A stretch of DNA of 64,000 bases from Eubacteriales bacterium (GCA_045605765.1 JAZUQQ010000027.1:129095-193094); one strand, 5' to 3'. Positions 44,303-53,336 are shown, counted from the first letter of the stretch. The notes: generated from the sequence alone by a model not told the origin. Made by a program: numbers and translations.

Positions 44303-44767
44303 TCAAGAAAGCCCGCCGAATAAAGACGCACTTTCGAGAGCGGCACACATAGAGCAAGCTTCGCACGAGGAACAGATGCAGGCAGGAAGTGTACACGAAA
44401 GAACTCCTAATGCACATATCGAAGCTCCGATGATGCCTAGGACAAATCCCGCCGTAGCCATTCCCGATGATTTTCCGTATGCGGCAAAAGATTTTCTTCT
44501 TCCCTTAGCGCCGAAAACGATTCCTAAAATCGAACAGGGCAGAACCAAAATATTAAAAACGAAAACCCACCCGAAAAGTATGCCGCAAACTCCAAGCACG
44601 AGTGCCGCTATCGACAAACCGAGCCCGTCGTTAGGATTTCTGGGTCGGCGAGTCGGATAATTATTATATCCGCCCTGTTGCTGATAGCCGTACGGCGGCT
44701 GATTGGATTGCTGATACTGCTGGTTGGGGTTTTGATTGTTCTGCTGATTCATGTTTTGATTGTCCAT
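44303..44767 (-). CDS. DUF4190-like small membrane protein with a Q/N-rich N-terminus and a Cys-rich C-terminus
   Basis: Starts MDNQNMNQQNNQNPNQQYQQSNQPPYGYQQQGGYNNY, followed by two TM helices and a tail CTLPACICSSCEACSMCAAL. Start trimmed to the ATG at 44767. Confidence 0.6.
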   Translation of the reverse strand: MDNQNMNQQNNQNPNQQYQQSNQPPYGYQQQGGYNNYPTRRPRNPNDGLGLSIAALVLGVCGILFGWVFVFNILVLPCSILGIVFGAKGRRKSFAAYGKSSGMATAGFVLGIIGASICALGVLSCTLPACICSSCEACSMCAALESASLFGGLS

Positions 44768-44977
44768 ATATAGTATCTCCTGTCTTAAAATTACAAAAAC
44801 AAACAAATTTCGCGCGAAAAAGATAAAGAACTGCAATTTTATGTCTTTTTCGGACAAGTTGGTTTTTGCTTTTCCGAGTATATCATAAAAAACGGCGTTT
44901 GTCAAGTATGGATATCATTTTGATAATTAAATATCCGTTTGATTATTGTACAATAATATTATGAAGGCGGTGATAAT

Positions 44978-45271
44978 ATGATTTATGACAAGATTAAACT
45001 ACTCAGAGAGCAGTGTGGTCTCACTCAATCGGAGCTTGCAAAGCAGCTCGGCGTTACCCGATCGGGCGTAAATGCGTGGGAAATGGGTATTTCCGTTCCA
45101 TCTACGCAGTACATCGTGGAGCTTTCGTTGTTTTTTGGAGTGTCTGCCGATTATCTTCTCGGTCTGCCAAAGACCTCTACCGTCTCCGTAGAGGGTCTTA
45201 ACGATAGAGAAATCGCTTCGATAATAGAAATTATTAATTGCTATAAAGAAAAACCTTCCGACAAATTGTAA
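44978..45271 (+). CDS. XRE-family helix-turn-helix transcriptional regulator
   Basis: 97 aa. LREQCGLTQSELAKQLGVTRSGVNAWEMGISVPSTQYIVELSLFFGVSADYLLG. Confidence 0.85.
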   Translation: MIYDKIKLLREQCGLTQSELAKQLGVTRSGVNAWEMGISVPSTQYIVELSLFFGVSADYLLGLPKTSTVSVEGLNDREIASIIEIINCYKEKPSDKL

Positions 45272-45306
45272 GGCTGTCGCTCGAAAGCGACGGCTTTTTG
45301 TTTTTA
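45272..45306 (+). terminator. Terminator of the XRE gene
   Basis: GCTGTCGC-TCGAAA-GCGACGGC followed by TTTTTGTTTTT. Confidence 0.8.
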
Positions 45307-45422
45307 TTAAAATTTTGAGGTCACAAAAGCAGTATATCTAATTCAAATTTCCAGCAACGCATCAACCTCGCACCGAAAGACTCTGTCGGATCAAAAAACT
45401 TTGGTCAATTACCTTATTTTAC

Positions 45423-45476
45423 TTGACATTTCAGAGTATGTTCGCTATAATAAAAGAGTATGTTCGCTATAATAAA
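45423..45476 (+). promoter_or_regulatory. recX promoter containing a perfect 22-bp tandem duplication
   Basis: TTGACA (45423-45428), a 17-nt spacer and TATAAT (45446-45451). AGAGTATGTTCGCTATAATAAA occurs twice back to back (45433-45454 and 45455-45476), giving a second TATAAT at 45468-45473. Confidence 0.65.
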
Positions 45477-45554
45477 GATGGATATTTTTTGCTTATAAAA
45501 ATGTCCTGCCGCTTTTAGGTAGCGGCAAAAGAGGTTTACGGGAGGCTTTGAAGA

Positions 45555-46010
45555 ATGAAGAAAACGCCCGCATACGTAAAGGCTATGGCACTGCTTGCCC
45601 TCTCCGATATGAGCGAGCGAAGGCTTCGCGAAAAGCTTCGTACAAAAGGATTTTCGAGTAACGAAATATCCGATGCACTCGAAGAGCTGAAAGCGGACGG
45701 CTATCTGTCGGACGATCGACTAATAGAAAACCTCGTAAATTATTATGCAAAGCGCAAATATTTCGGCAAATACCGCATAAGGCTCGAGCTTCTCACAAAA
45801 TTCGACCGCGAAAGCGTTGACAGATGCTTTGACAATGTCTGCGAGTGTGTCGATTTCAGAGCACTTGCCGCCGAACTTGCCGTCAAGGAAGGGGCAAAGG
45901 GCGTCGAAAAGGACAAGATCTTGCGAAAGCTCCAACGGCTTGGACATGACTCCACATCAATAAGACAGGCACTTGCCGAAATTAAAAAAGAAGAAAATCA
46001 GGATACGTGA
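45555..46010 (+). CDS. recX: RecA regulator RecX
   Basis: 151 aa of three-helix repeats. ALLALSDMSERRLREKLRTKGFSSNEISDALEELKADGYLSDDRL. Confidence 0.8.
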   Translation: MKKTPAYVKAMALLALSDMSERRLREKLRTKGFSSNEISDALEELKADGYLSDDRLIENLVNYYAKRKYFGKYRIRLELLTKFDRESVDRCFDNVCECVDFRALAAELAVKEGAKGVEKDKILRKLQRLGHDSTSIRQALAEIKKEENQDT

Positions 46011-46026
46011 AGGAGACAATTTCTCT

Positions 46027-47391
46027 ATGCCAAAACAGATAAAGGTTGGATTCGTTTCGCTTGGCTGCTCCAAAAACCGCATAGACACCGAGGTAATGCT
46101 CCACACCCTGCTCAGTGCAGGATATGAGATCACCGCAGACGAGACTGAGGCCGACGTAGTTATAATCAACACCTGCGCATTTATCGAGAGCGCGAAAAAG
46201 GAAGCCATCGACAATATTCTTGATATCGCGTGGCTCAAAGAAAACAAGGACCTTAAGGGTATCGTCGTTTGCGGCTGTCTTGCCGAGCGTTACGGCAAGG
46301 AGATACTCGACGAGATGCCCGAGGTCGACGCTATCGTGGGCGTCGGAGGACTTCCCAAGATCACAGAAGCGGTCGAGGCGGCATATCAGGCAGGATTTCG
46401 TAACAAAAAGTCGCAGATCACAAACAAATACACTTGTCTTGACGACAAGAACACAATGCCGCTTGGCGGCGACAGAGTCGTTACAACTCCCGAATATACA
46501 GCCTACATAAAGGTCGCCGAGGGATGCGACAACCACTGCGCCTATTGCGTTATCGGAAATATACGCGGAAAATTCAGAAGCCGCCCTATTGAGGACATCA
46601 TTGCAGAGGCGAAAACGCTCGAAGAGCTCGGGGTCAAGGAGCTCAACATCGTCGCGCAGGATACCTCGCGCTACGGTCTGGATATTTACGGCAAGTACAG
46701 TCTTGCAAGACTCGTGAGAGCCATTACCGAACAGACGAATATCCCCTGGATAAGACTTCTCTACTGCTACCCCGATAAGATAACCGACGAGCTCTGCGAG
46801 GAATTCAAAAACAACGACAGACTCGTAAAATATATTGATATGCCGATCCAGCACATCTCGGACGGTGTGCTCGACCGAATGAACCGTCACGGCGGAAGCG
46901 CGGTAATTAAAGACGCTATCGCGCGGCTCCGCGAGGCAGCTCCTGACATCGTGCTCCGCACTACCGTTCTGGTCGGCTTCCCCGGCGAGAGCGACGAGGA
47001 TTTCGAGGAGCTTTGCGAGTTTATCAAGGAAGCAAAATTCGACCGTCTTGGCGCGTTCACCTACTCGGCAGAGGAAGGAACGCCTGCCGCAGTTATGGAG
47101 GCTCAGGTAGACGAGCAAACAAAGCAGGACCGCTACGACCTTATTATGCGTATCCAAGGCGAGATCTCCGCTGAAAAGAATGAGCAGAAGCTCGGACAGA
47201 CGCTCGAGGTCATCTGCGAAGGATACGATACGGTGTCCGAAATATACTACGGCAGAAGTGCAGCAGATGCACCCGAGATCGACGGAAAAATCTATTTCTC
47301 CTCAGACAGAGCAGTCGACGAGGGAGAGTTTGTAAAGGTCACCATAGGAAACGTACTCGATTACGATCTCATTGGAGACCTCACCGAGTAA
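46027..47391 (+). CDS. rimO: Radical-SAM methylthiotransferase, RimO-type (ribosomal protein S12)
   Basis: VGFVSLGCSKN..INTCAF (UPF0004 domain), a radical-SAM CxxxCxxC (CDNHCAYCVI) and a C-terminal TRAM domain. Start trimmed to the ATG at 46027. RimO versus MiaB/MtaB was judged by the N-terminus and length only. Confidence 0.75.
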   Translation: MPKQIKVGFVSLGCSKNRIDTEVMLHTLLSAGYEITADETEADVVIINTCAFIESAKKEAIDNILDIAWLKENKDLKGIVVCGCLAERYGKEILDEMPEVDAIVGVGGLPKITEAVEAAYQAGFRNKKSQITNKYTCLDDKNTMPLGGDRVVTTPEYTAYIKVAEGCDNHCAYCVIGNIRGKFRSRPIEDIIAEAKTLEELGVKELNIVAQDTSRYGLDIYGKYSLARLVRAITEQTNIPWIRLLYCYPDKITDELCEEFKNNDRLVKYIDMPIQHISDGVLDRMNRHGGSAVIKDAIARLREAAPDIVLRTTVLVGFPGESDEDFEELCEFIKEAKFDRLGAFTYSAEEGTPAAVMEAQVDEQTKQDRYDLIMRIQGEISAEKNEQKLGQTLEVICEGYDTVSEIYYGRSAADAPEIDGKIYFSSDRAVDEGEFVKVTIGNVLDYDLIGDLTE

Positions 47392-47413
47392 AATATTAAA
47401 TTTGGAGAGAAAA

Positions 47414-48049
47414 ATGGAAAACAAAAAGCTTTTCAGAAAAGAAAACGTGCCCAACATACTGACGGTGATAAGAGCTCTGCTCGTTCCCGTATTTATGATA
47501 ATTATTATATTCGCGCCCCGCGACGGTTCTAACGGCGAGATTGTTATGCGCCTTATCAGCGCAGCTCTTTTCGGCCTTATATCGCTCACCGATATGATAG
47601 ACGGAAAGATGGCAAGAAAATACAATCTCGTTTCGGATTTCGGAAAATTCCTCGATCCGCTTGCCGACAAGATCCTCGTGTTTGGCGCAATGATCTCGCT
47701 CATTGCCTTTATGGGCGGCGACGAGGGTGTTCCCTACGTATTCGAGATCTGTATGGTATTTGCAATCTTCGTTTTCTTCACGCGCGAGATCGCAGTCACC
47801 TCGCTCCGCCTTCTCTTCTCAAACAAGGGCGGTCACGCGCTTGCGGCGAATTTCGCAGGAAAAATGAAGACTGTTTTTCAGATAATCTTTATCATCGTCG
47901 CACTCATTGAACCGATATTCTGGGATCTTTGGATAGCGACCTTCGTGTCCATGGCGGTTATGACGGCTATGACCGTTATTTCGGGAATCATCTACTTTAA
48001 AGAGTACATTCCACTCATAAAAGGTCAAAACAGTAGCGAGAACAAATAA
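47414..48049 (+). CDS. pgsA: CDP-diacylglycerol--glycerol-3-phosphate 3-phosphatidyltransferase
   Basis: NILTVIRALLVP..DMIDGKMARKYNLVSDFGKFLDPLADK is the CDP-alcohol phosphatidyltransferase motif. Start trimmed to the ATG at 47414 behind GGAGAG. Confidence 0.88.
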   Translation: MENKKLFRKENVPNILTVIRALLVPVFMIIIIFAPRDGSNGEIVMRLISAALFGLISLTDMIDGKMARKYNLVSDFGKFLDPLADKILVFGAMISLIAFMGGDEGVPYVFEICMVFAIFVFFTREIAVTSLRLLFSNKGGHALAANFAGKMKTVFQIIFIIVALIEPIFWDLWIATFVSMAVMTAMTVISGIIYFKEYIPLIKGQNSSENK

Positions 48050-48088
48050 TCAAAGCATTTCAAATTCTGTAAAAAGGAGGACTTCGGT

Positions 48089-49117
48089 ATGACCGTAAAA
48101 GAGCTTGATGACAAGATCAAACGCGGACTTGGCGGAGTTTACCTTTTCTACGGTGAAGAGGAATATTTAAAGCGCCATTATCTCGAAAAGGTGCGCGAAA
48201 CGCTCATTACGGACGAAACGGACGCGGTTTTCAACCATGTAAGGATAGAAAACGGCGAGGTCGAAAGACTGGGCGACGAGCTTGTCGGTACTCCTCTTTT
48301 CGGGAGCGCGGGCGGCAGGCTTATCGAGCTCTGGGGTGTTGACTTTACCGCTATGAACGATTCAAAGCTTGACGAGCTCGCAGTCGCTTTTTCAGAGGTG
48401 ACCGACGATACTCTGCTTATCTACTGCAAGCCCGACGAATTCACGGAGGGCACAAAAAAAGCGCAGAGTTCCCCATTCAAAAAGTTTTCTTCCTCGGCAA
48501 ATCTTATAAATTTCGAAAAGCAAACTCCCGCAAAGCTGATCGGCTGGGCGAGCAGGCATTTTGCATCTCACGGCTGCGCCGCAGATCCTCAGATCTGCAA
48601 GAAGCTTATCGACTACTGTGCAAACGATATGTTCGTACTCGCGTCCGAGATCGACAAGCTCTCCTCTTTTGCAAGGCAAAACGGCAAGGTCGTGATAAGT
48701 GAGGAAATGATATATACAGTCTGCTCACCCAACACCGTTTTCGGGGCGTTCGACTTTGCAAACGCGATGATAGACGGCAACACACATCTCGCTCTCAGTA
48801 TTTTTGCTGAGATGAAGCTCCGCAAGGAAAGGCCGGAATACATTCTTTCCGCAGTTTCCAAAATATGCAGCGAGCTTCTGACTGTGAGAATTCTCTCCGA
48901 TGCAGGCTATTCTAAGCAGGATATTGCCAAGAAAATGAAGATGCACGAATACCCTGTTTCGCTACGAATGGCAGCGGCATCAAAAAAGAGCGTCGAAACA
49001 CTCGAAAGAGCGGTAAGACTCTGTTGCGAAACAGATTTGAAGATAAAATCCACACGCCTTGACGACTACACCGAGCTCGAGGTTCTTATTCTCTCGATCG
49101 GCAGAAAGCAGGCGTAA
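48089..49117 (+). CDS. holA: DNA polymerase III delta subunit
   Basis: 342 aa. VYLFYGEEEYLKRHY at the N-terminus and helical C-domains, in a position typical for holA. Confidence 0.75.
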   Translation: MTVKELDDKIKRGLGGVYLFYGEEEYLKRHYLEKVRETLITDETDAVFNHVRIENGEVERLGDELVGTPLFGSAGGRLIELWGVDFTAMNDSKLDELAVAFSEVTDDTLLIYCKPDEFTEGTKKAQSSPFKKFSSSANLINFEKQTPAKLIGWASRHFASHGCAADPQICKKLIDYCANDMFVLASEIDKLSSFARQNGKVVISEEMIYTVCSPNTVFGAFDFANAMIDGNTHLALSIFAEMKLRKERPEYILSAVSKICSELLTVRILSDAGYSKQDIAKKMKMHEYPVSLRMAAASKKSVETLERAVRLCCETDLKIKSTRLDDYTELEVLILSIGRKQA

Positions 49118-49756
49118 ATGAAGATAAAAATTGATGAGATCGTGCTTGTCGAAGGGCGATACGACAAGATAAAACTAGACAGTCTGCTCGATGCGACGGT
49201 GATCGCGGTAAACGGCTTCGGTCTTTTTAAGGACGAAGAAAAAAAGGAAACGATCCGCGCACTCGCCGCAAAGAAAGGCGCCATAATCCTATGCGACAGT
49301 GACGGAGGCGGTACGATCATACGCCGTCACCTGAATTCAATGTTCCCAAGGGAGATCGTCAAAAACCTCTATATCCCCGAAATCATGGGAAAAGAGCGGC
49401 GCAAGGCCTCTCCGTCAAGGGAGGGAAAGCTTGGCGTTGAGGGGATGGACTCAGAGCTTCTAAGAGAGCTTTTTCGTCCGTTTGAATCGAGCGCGGAGAA
49501 AAGGAACAGTATTCCGATAACTGCCGCAGACCTAGTTTTCGACGGATTTTCGGGAGCAGACAACGCATCCGAAAAGCGAGCGGAGCTTGCAAAAAGACTC
49601 GGACTGCCGTCTAATATCAGTGCAAAGCTTCTCGTGGACGCTATCAACATTTTAGGCGGTCGAGAGGCTTATGTGATGGCGAAAAAAGTGCAAAGCCCCG
49701 CAGCGAAGCCGCCGCACGACGGTTTGCCTTGCAAACCTAAGCACAGATCAAATTAA
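49118..49756 (+). CDS. Toprim-domain protein (RNase M5-like / DUF4093 type)
   Basis: IVLVEGRYDKIKL..ILCDSDGGGTIIR is a Toprim E..DxD signature. The ATG directly abuts the holA stop. Confidence 0.65.
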   Translation: MKIKIDEIVLVEGRYDKIKLDSLLDATVIAVNGFGLFKDEEKKETIRALAAKKGAIILCDSDGGGTIIRRHLNSMFPREIVKNLYIPEIMGKERRKASPSREGKLGVEGMDSELLRELFRPFESSAEKRNSIPITAADLVFDGFSGADNASEKRAELAKRLGLPSNISAKLLVDAINILGGREAYVMAKKVQSPAAKPPHDGLPCKPKHRSN

Positions 49757-49817
49757 GTGCAAAGTTAAGGTGGCTTTGCTTCGCAAAGCAAGAATTGATT
49801 AGAAGGTTATTTTTAGC

Positions 49818-49910
49818 AAAGTTTTTGCGAAAGCTTGAAAACCCTTTTTATAAAAAAGTTTTCAAAAAAGTTTTTGAAAGGTATGGAAAACATTTATTAA
49901 AAGTTTTCCG
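49818..49910 (+). repeat. Copy G of the box/hairpin repeat family (nrdR 5' leader)
   Basis: Sense boxes AAAGTTTTTGCGAAAG (49818-49833) and AAAGTTTTTGAAAGG (49867-49881). Hairpins at 49837-49863 and 49885-49909. A GC hairpin GCTTTGC-TTC-GCAAAGC lies at 49773-49789 just upstream. Confidence 0.75.
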
Positions 49911-49920
49911 AACAGAAAAA

Positions 49921-50370
49921 ATGAGATGTCCGATTTGTTCACACGATGACAGTAAGGTAATAGACTCGCGTCCGACCGAAAGTGGAACGATCCGCCGACG
50001 CCGCGAGTGTCTATCCTGTAAACATCGCTTCACCACCTACGAGGTCATTGAGGTCATTCCGATATTCGTAGTCAAAAAGAACGGCACGAAGGAGATATTT
50101 GACAAGCAGAAGCTCCTCGGAGGACTTATAAAGTCCTGCTACAAGCGACCGATAACTATACCTCAGCTTGAAGAGCTCGTTGATAACATTGAGCAGGAGC
50201 TTTACAATTCGCTTCGCGGCGAGATATCATCTAACGAAATAGGCGAAATGGTTATGAAGCATCTGAAAGCACTCGACGAGGTATCCTACGTGCGTTTCGC
50301 GTCGGTATACCGCGAATTCAAGGATATCGACACCTTCCTCAGCGAAATAAAGGAACTCATCAAAAAGTAA
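49921..50370 (+). CDS. nrdR: Transcriptional repressor NrdR
   Basis: MRCPICSHDDSKVIDSRP..RRRRECLSCKHRFTTYE (zinc ribbon) plus an ATP-cone. Start trimmed to the ATG at 49921; the 42-aa extension in the track is repeat read-through. Confidence 0.93.
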   Translation: MRCPICSHDDSKVIDSRPTESGTIRRRRECLSCKHRFTTYEVIEVIPIFVVKKNGTKEIFDKQKLLGGLIKSCYKRPITIPQLEELVDNIEQELYNSLRGEISSNEIGEMVMKHLKALDEVSYVRFASVYREFKDIDTFLSEIKELIKK

Positions 50371-50384
50371 AGGAATAAACTGAT

Positions 50385-50642
50385 ATGACAGGATCTTTTT
50401 CGTACAAAACTCGCGGAGTATGCTCGCGCGAGATAAATATAAGCGTCACGGACGGCATAATCGATTCGGTTCAATATATAGGCGGTTGCAGCGGAAACAC
50501 CCAGGGAGTCTCCGCGCTTGTTAAGGGAATGCATATCGACGAGGCTATTAAGCGTCTTTCGGGCATTAAATGCGGCTTTAAAAGCACATCTTGCCCCGAC
50601 CAACTCGCCGAGGCGCTAAAAAAAATCAGAGAAAACAATTAA
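50385..50642 (+). CDS. TSCPD-domain small protein (TIGR03905-like)
   Basis: 85 aa. GGCSGNTQGVSALVKGM..TSCPDQLAEAL. Confidence 0.75.
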   Translation: MTGSFSYKTRGVCSREINISVTDGIIDSVQYIGGCSGNTQGVSALVKGMHIDEAIKRLSGIKCGFKSTSCPDQLAEALKKIRENN

Positions 50643-50681
50643 AAATCCAGATACAAGGCAAAGTAAAGGGAACTAACACAA

Positions 50682-52406
50682 ATGAATTACAAAGAAAATT
50701 ACAAACGCTGGCTCGGTGAGAAAAGCGTCTCGCAAGAGCTCAAAGACGAGCTTTATGCAATCGAAAACAACGAAGATGAGATAAAATACCGTTTTTCAAG
50801 TTATCTCAGCTTTGGTACGGCAGGTCTCCGCGGCAGAATGCTTGCAGGAACGAATGCTATGAACGTCCATACGGTCGCTCACGCATCACAGGGATTTGCA
50901 AATCTTATAAACCGCGAAGGAGCGCGCGCGGCAAAGCGCGGTGTCGCTATCGCCTACGACAGCCGCAATAATTCAGTGCTCTTCTCAAAAGTATCGGCAG
51001 AGGTTTTTGCCGCAAACGGCATTAAAACCTTCTTTTTTGAGTCTCTCAGACCCACTCCCGTGCTCTCGTTCGCTATCCGTCACCTCGGATGTATAGGCGG
51101 TGTAAACGTCACGGCTTCGCATAATCCCAAGGAATACAACGGCTACAAGGCATACTGGGAGGACGGCGCTCAGCTTCCGCCCGAGCACGCCAAGATCGTT
51201 TCCGCTTCGATAGCAGAGACCGATATTTTCGACGGTGTAAAGCGTATGAATTTCGATGATGCCGTCAAGGCGGGACTTATTGAGATAGTTGGAACTGTAA
51301 TAGACGATGAATATATAAAGAACGTCACCGCACAGTCGGTCGATAATAACGCAGTCAAGGCGGTTGCAGACGATCTGCGCGTAGTCTATACCCCTCTTCA
51401 CGGCGCGGGATATCGGCTCGTTCCCGAGGTTCTTCGTCTGTGCGGACTCAAACACCTCTACACGGTTTACGAGCAGATGGTGCTCGACGGAAATTTTCCT
51501 TCGGTAGTCTCCCCCAACCCTGAGCACCCCGCCGCTCTTGAACTCGGAACCGCACTTGCAAGAAAGGTCGACAGCGATCTTGTTATCGGCACAGACCCCG
51601 ATGCAGACCGAGCGGGCGTCATGGTGCGCCGTCACGACGGATCATTCGTTCCAATGACGGGCAACCAGATAGGAGCTCTCCTTCTCGAATATATTATCAC
51701 CGCTTATGAAAACACTAGCACGATGCCGTCCGATCCTTACGCGGTAAAGACGATCGTAACCAGCGAGATCTGCACAAAGATCTGCAAAAGCCACAACGTC
51801 GGACTTTTCAACGTTCTCACAGGCTTTAAATTTATCGGAGAGGTCATCAAAAACCACGACGACGTTGGAAACGGTCACTATCTGTTCGGATTTGAGGAAA
51901 GCTATGGCTACCTGAAAGGAACTTATGCTCGCGACAAGGACAGCGTAGTTGCCGTAATGCTCATCGTCGAGATGGCGGCTTACTACAAGGCAAAAGGAAT
52001 GTCTCTTTACGACGCGCTTTGTGCTATGTACGAAAAGTACGGATATTATAACGAGCGTACCGTAAATCTTGTGTTCGACGGCTTTGACGCCGCTGAGCGT
52101 ATGAGCACCTTTATGAAAAAGATACGTGAAACGACTCCCTACGAGATCGGCGGCAAAAAGGTGCTCGCAGTACGAGATTATCTTGCCGAGACGGTCACAG
52201 AGATCGCCACTGGCAAGGTATCGGGTACAGGTCTTCCCTCATCCGACGTAGTTTACTATGAGCTTGAGGACAATAACGTAGTAGTCGTTCGTCCGTCCGG
52301 CACAGAGCCTAAGATAAAGCTCTACTTCTTGCTCAACGGAAAATCGTCAGACGAATGCGAGGCTCTTATGAACGCATGCACCGAAAGCGTCGAGCGCTGG
52401 AAGTAA
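50682..52406 (+). CDS. Phospho-sugar mutase (phosphoglucomutase/phosphomannomutase family)
   Basis: 574 aa. Active-site loop TASHNPKEYNGYK, metal loop GTDPDADR and sugar loop GFEESYG. Confidence 0.9.
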   Translation: MNYKENYKRWLGEKSVSQELKDELYAIENNEDEIKYRFSSYLSFGTAGLRGRMLAGTNAMNVHTVAHASQGFANLINREGARAAKRGVAIAYDSRNNSVLFSKVSAEVFAANGIKTFFFESLRPTPVLSFAIRHLGCIGGVNVTASHNPKEYNGYKAYWEDGAQLPPEHAKIVSASIAETDIFDGVKRMNFDDAVKAGLIEIVGTVIDDEYIKNVTAQSVDNNAVKAVADDLRVVYTPLHGAGYRLVPEVLRLCGLKHLYTVYEQMVLDGNFPSVVSPNPEHPAALELGTALARKVDSDLVIGTDPDADRAGVMVRRHDGSFVPMTGNQIGALLLEYIITAYENTSTMPSDPYAVKTIVTSEICTKICKSHNVGLFNVLTGFKFIGEVIKNHDDVGNGHYLFGFEESYGYLKGTYARDKDSVVAVMLIVEMAAYYKAKGMSLYDALCAMYEKYGYYNERTVNLVFDGFDAAERMSTFMKKIRETTPYEIGGKKVLAVRDYLAETVTEIATGKVSGTGLPSSDVVYYELEDNNVVVVRPSGTEPKIKLYFLLNGKSSDECEALMNACTESVERWK

Positions 52407-52458
52407 CCAAAGGCAAAAGCCTCTTGGAAAATCAAAAAATACCACTCGCTTTGTGCGG

Positions 52459-52494
52459 GTGGTATTTCAGTTAAAAGTGGTGTTTCAGTTAAAA
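52459..52494. repeat. 18-bp tandem duplication spanning the stop codon of the DHQase-like gene
   Basis: GTGGTATTTCAGTTAAAA (52459-52476) and GTGGTGTTTCAGTTAAAA (52477-52494) are 17/18 identical. Copy 1 also forms the right arm of the mutase-gene terminator (ATACCAC..GTGGTAT). Confidence 0.8.
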
Positions 52495-53270
52495 TAGGTG
52501 AAATTATTCTTTATCTCGTTTATCTGCGATAGGTCGGGCTGTAACGGCGCCGAGTTTTCATTTCTCTCATCAACACAAAGCCACATGCTGCAGCCAAGCA
52601 TAGGACCTACTCTCCTGAGCAGGTTGCAATCCCCGCTTGCAAGAAACAAAAACGGTATGCCCAGCTCTTTTTTAAGAAGCGCGGTTATTCGGAGGTTTTC
52701 GACCTCTTCTTCAGGCCCCGTAGCTCCCGAAACGATCTTGCAAACGTCTGCTCCACGTCTTTTCTGCTCAAATGCTATTTCCAGAACTCGCTCTGCGCTT
52801 GTAAATTGGTGAATATGAGAGGACACAAGAACCTCCGCTCCGACCTCGTGTATTCGGTCGATAAGATCCATCTGCTTCTTGATAGCGTCCTCATCAGTTG
52901 CCATCTGATCGGGTGCTCCGCACTGATAGAGGTCTCCCACAACATCGCAAAGAGTCGCTCCGCATTTAGCAAGCTTTAAGATTCCCTCACTTATTTCTTC
53001 TTCGCTTTTACCCTCATTTTCGTGACCGCGGTAATACGTAACGTACGTAGGCAGTCCCTGCGCCGCAGAAAGTATTTCTTTAATATCCTTTTCGGTGTGA
53101 AGCTCTTTGTCAAAATAACAAAATTGAAGTCCGAGTGCATCCGATCCGTTTTTAATGGCTCTGTCCATATAATAAAGAAGTTTTTCCTTATTTTTTTCGA
53201 GTATCATCGAAGTCACAAACGGTGTGTCGTGATTTAAAAAGGTAGGTTTTGTTGCAAAAGTTTCTTTCAT
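52485..53270 (-). CDS. Type I 3-dehydroquinate dehydratase-like protein
   Basis: 261 aa. VLVSSHIHQFTS..GADVCKIVSGA..FLFLASGDCNLLRRVG lines up with the AroD His/Lys region (SNHDF..ADIPKIA..MSMA..G..SR). No other shikimate genes lie nearby. Confidence 0.5.
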   Translation of the reverse strand: MKETFATKPTFLNHDTPFVTSMILEKNKEKLLYYMDRAIKNGSDALGLQFCYFDKELHTEKDIKEILSAAQGLPTYVTYYRGHENEGKSEEEISEGILKLAKCGATLCDVVGDLYQCGAPDQMATDEDAIKKQMDLIDRIHEVGAEVLVSSHIHQFTSAERVLEIAFEQKRRGADVCKIVSGATGPEEEVENLRITALLKKELGIPFLFLASGDCNLLRRVGPMLGCSMWLCVDERNENSAPLQPDLSQINEIKNNFTYFN

Positions 53271-53336
53271 GAGTCTTCTCCTTTTCTCTACTTTCTATAC
53301 TAACGTATAGACATCACTTTTTGAATTTATCACTTA

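Noticed and set aside
45433-45476. Complete LexA boxes in the recX promoter duplication
   Set aside because: Only the ATGTTCG half-site is present in each unit. The partner half (CGAAC) is missing, so I report the duplication but not an SOS operator.
45982-47157. 391-aa ORF antisense to rimO
   Set aside because: It is a codon-aligned shadow of a bona fide radical-SAM gene and has no independent signals.
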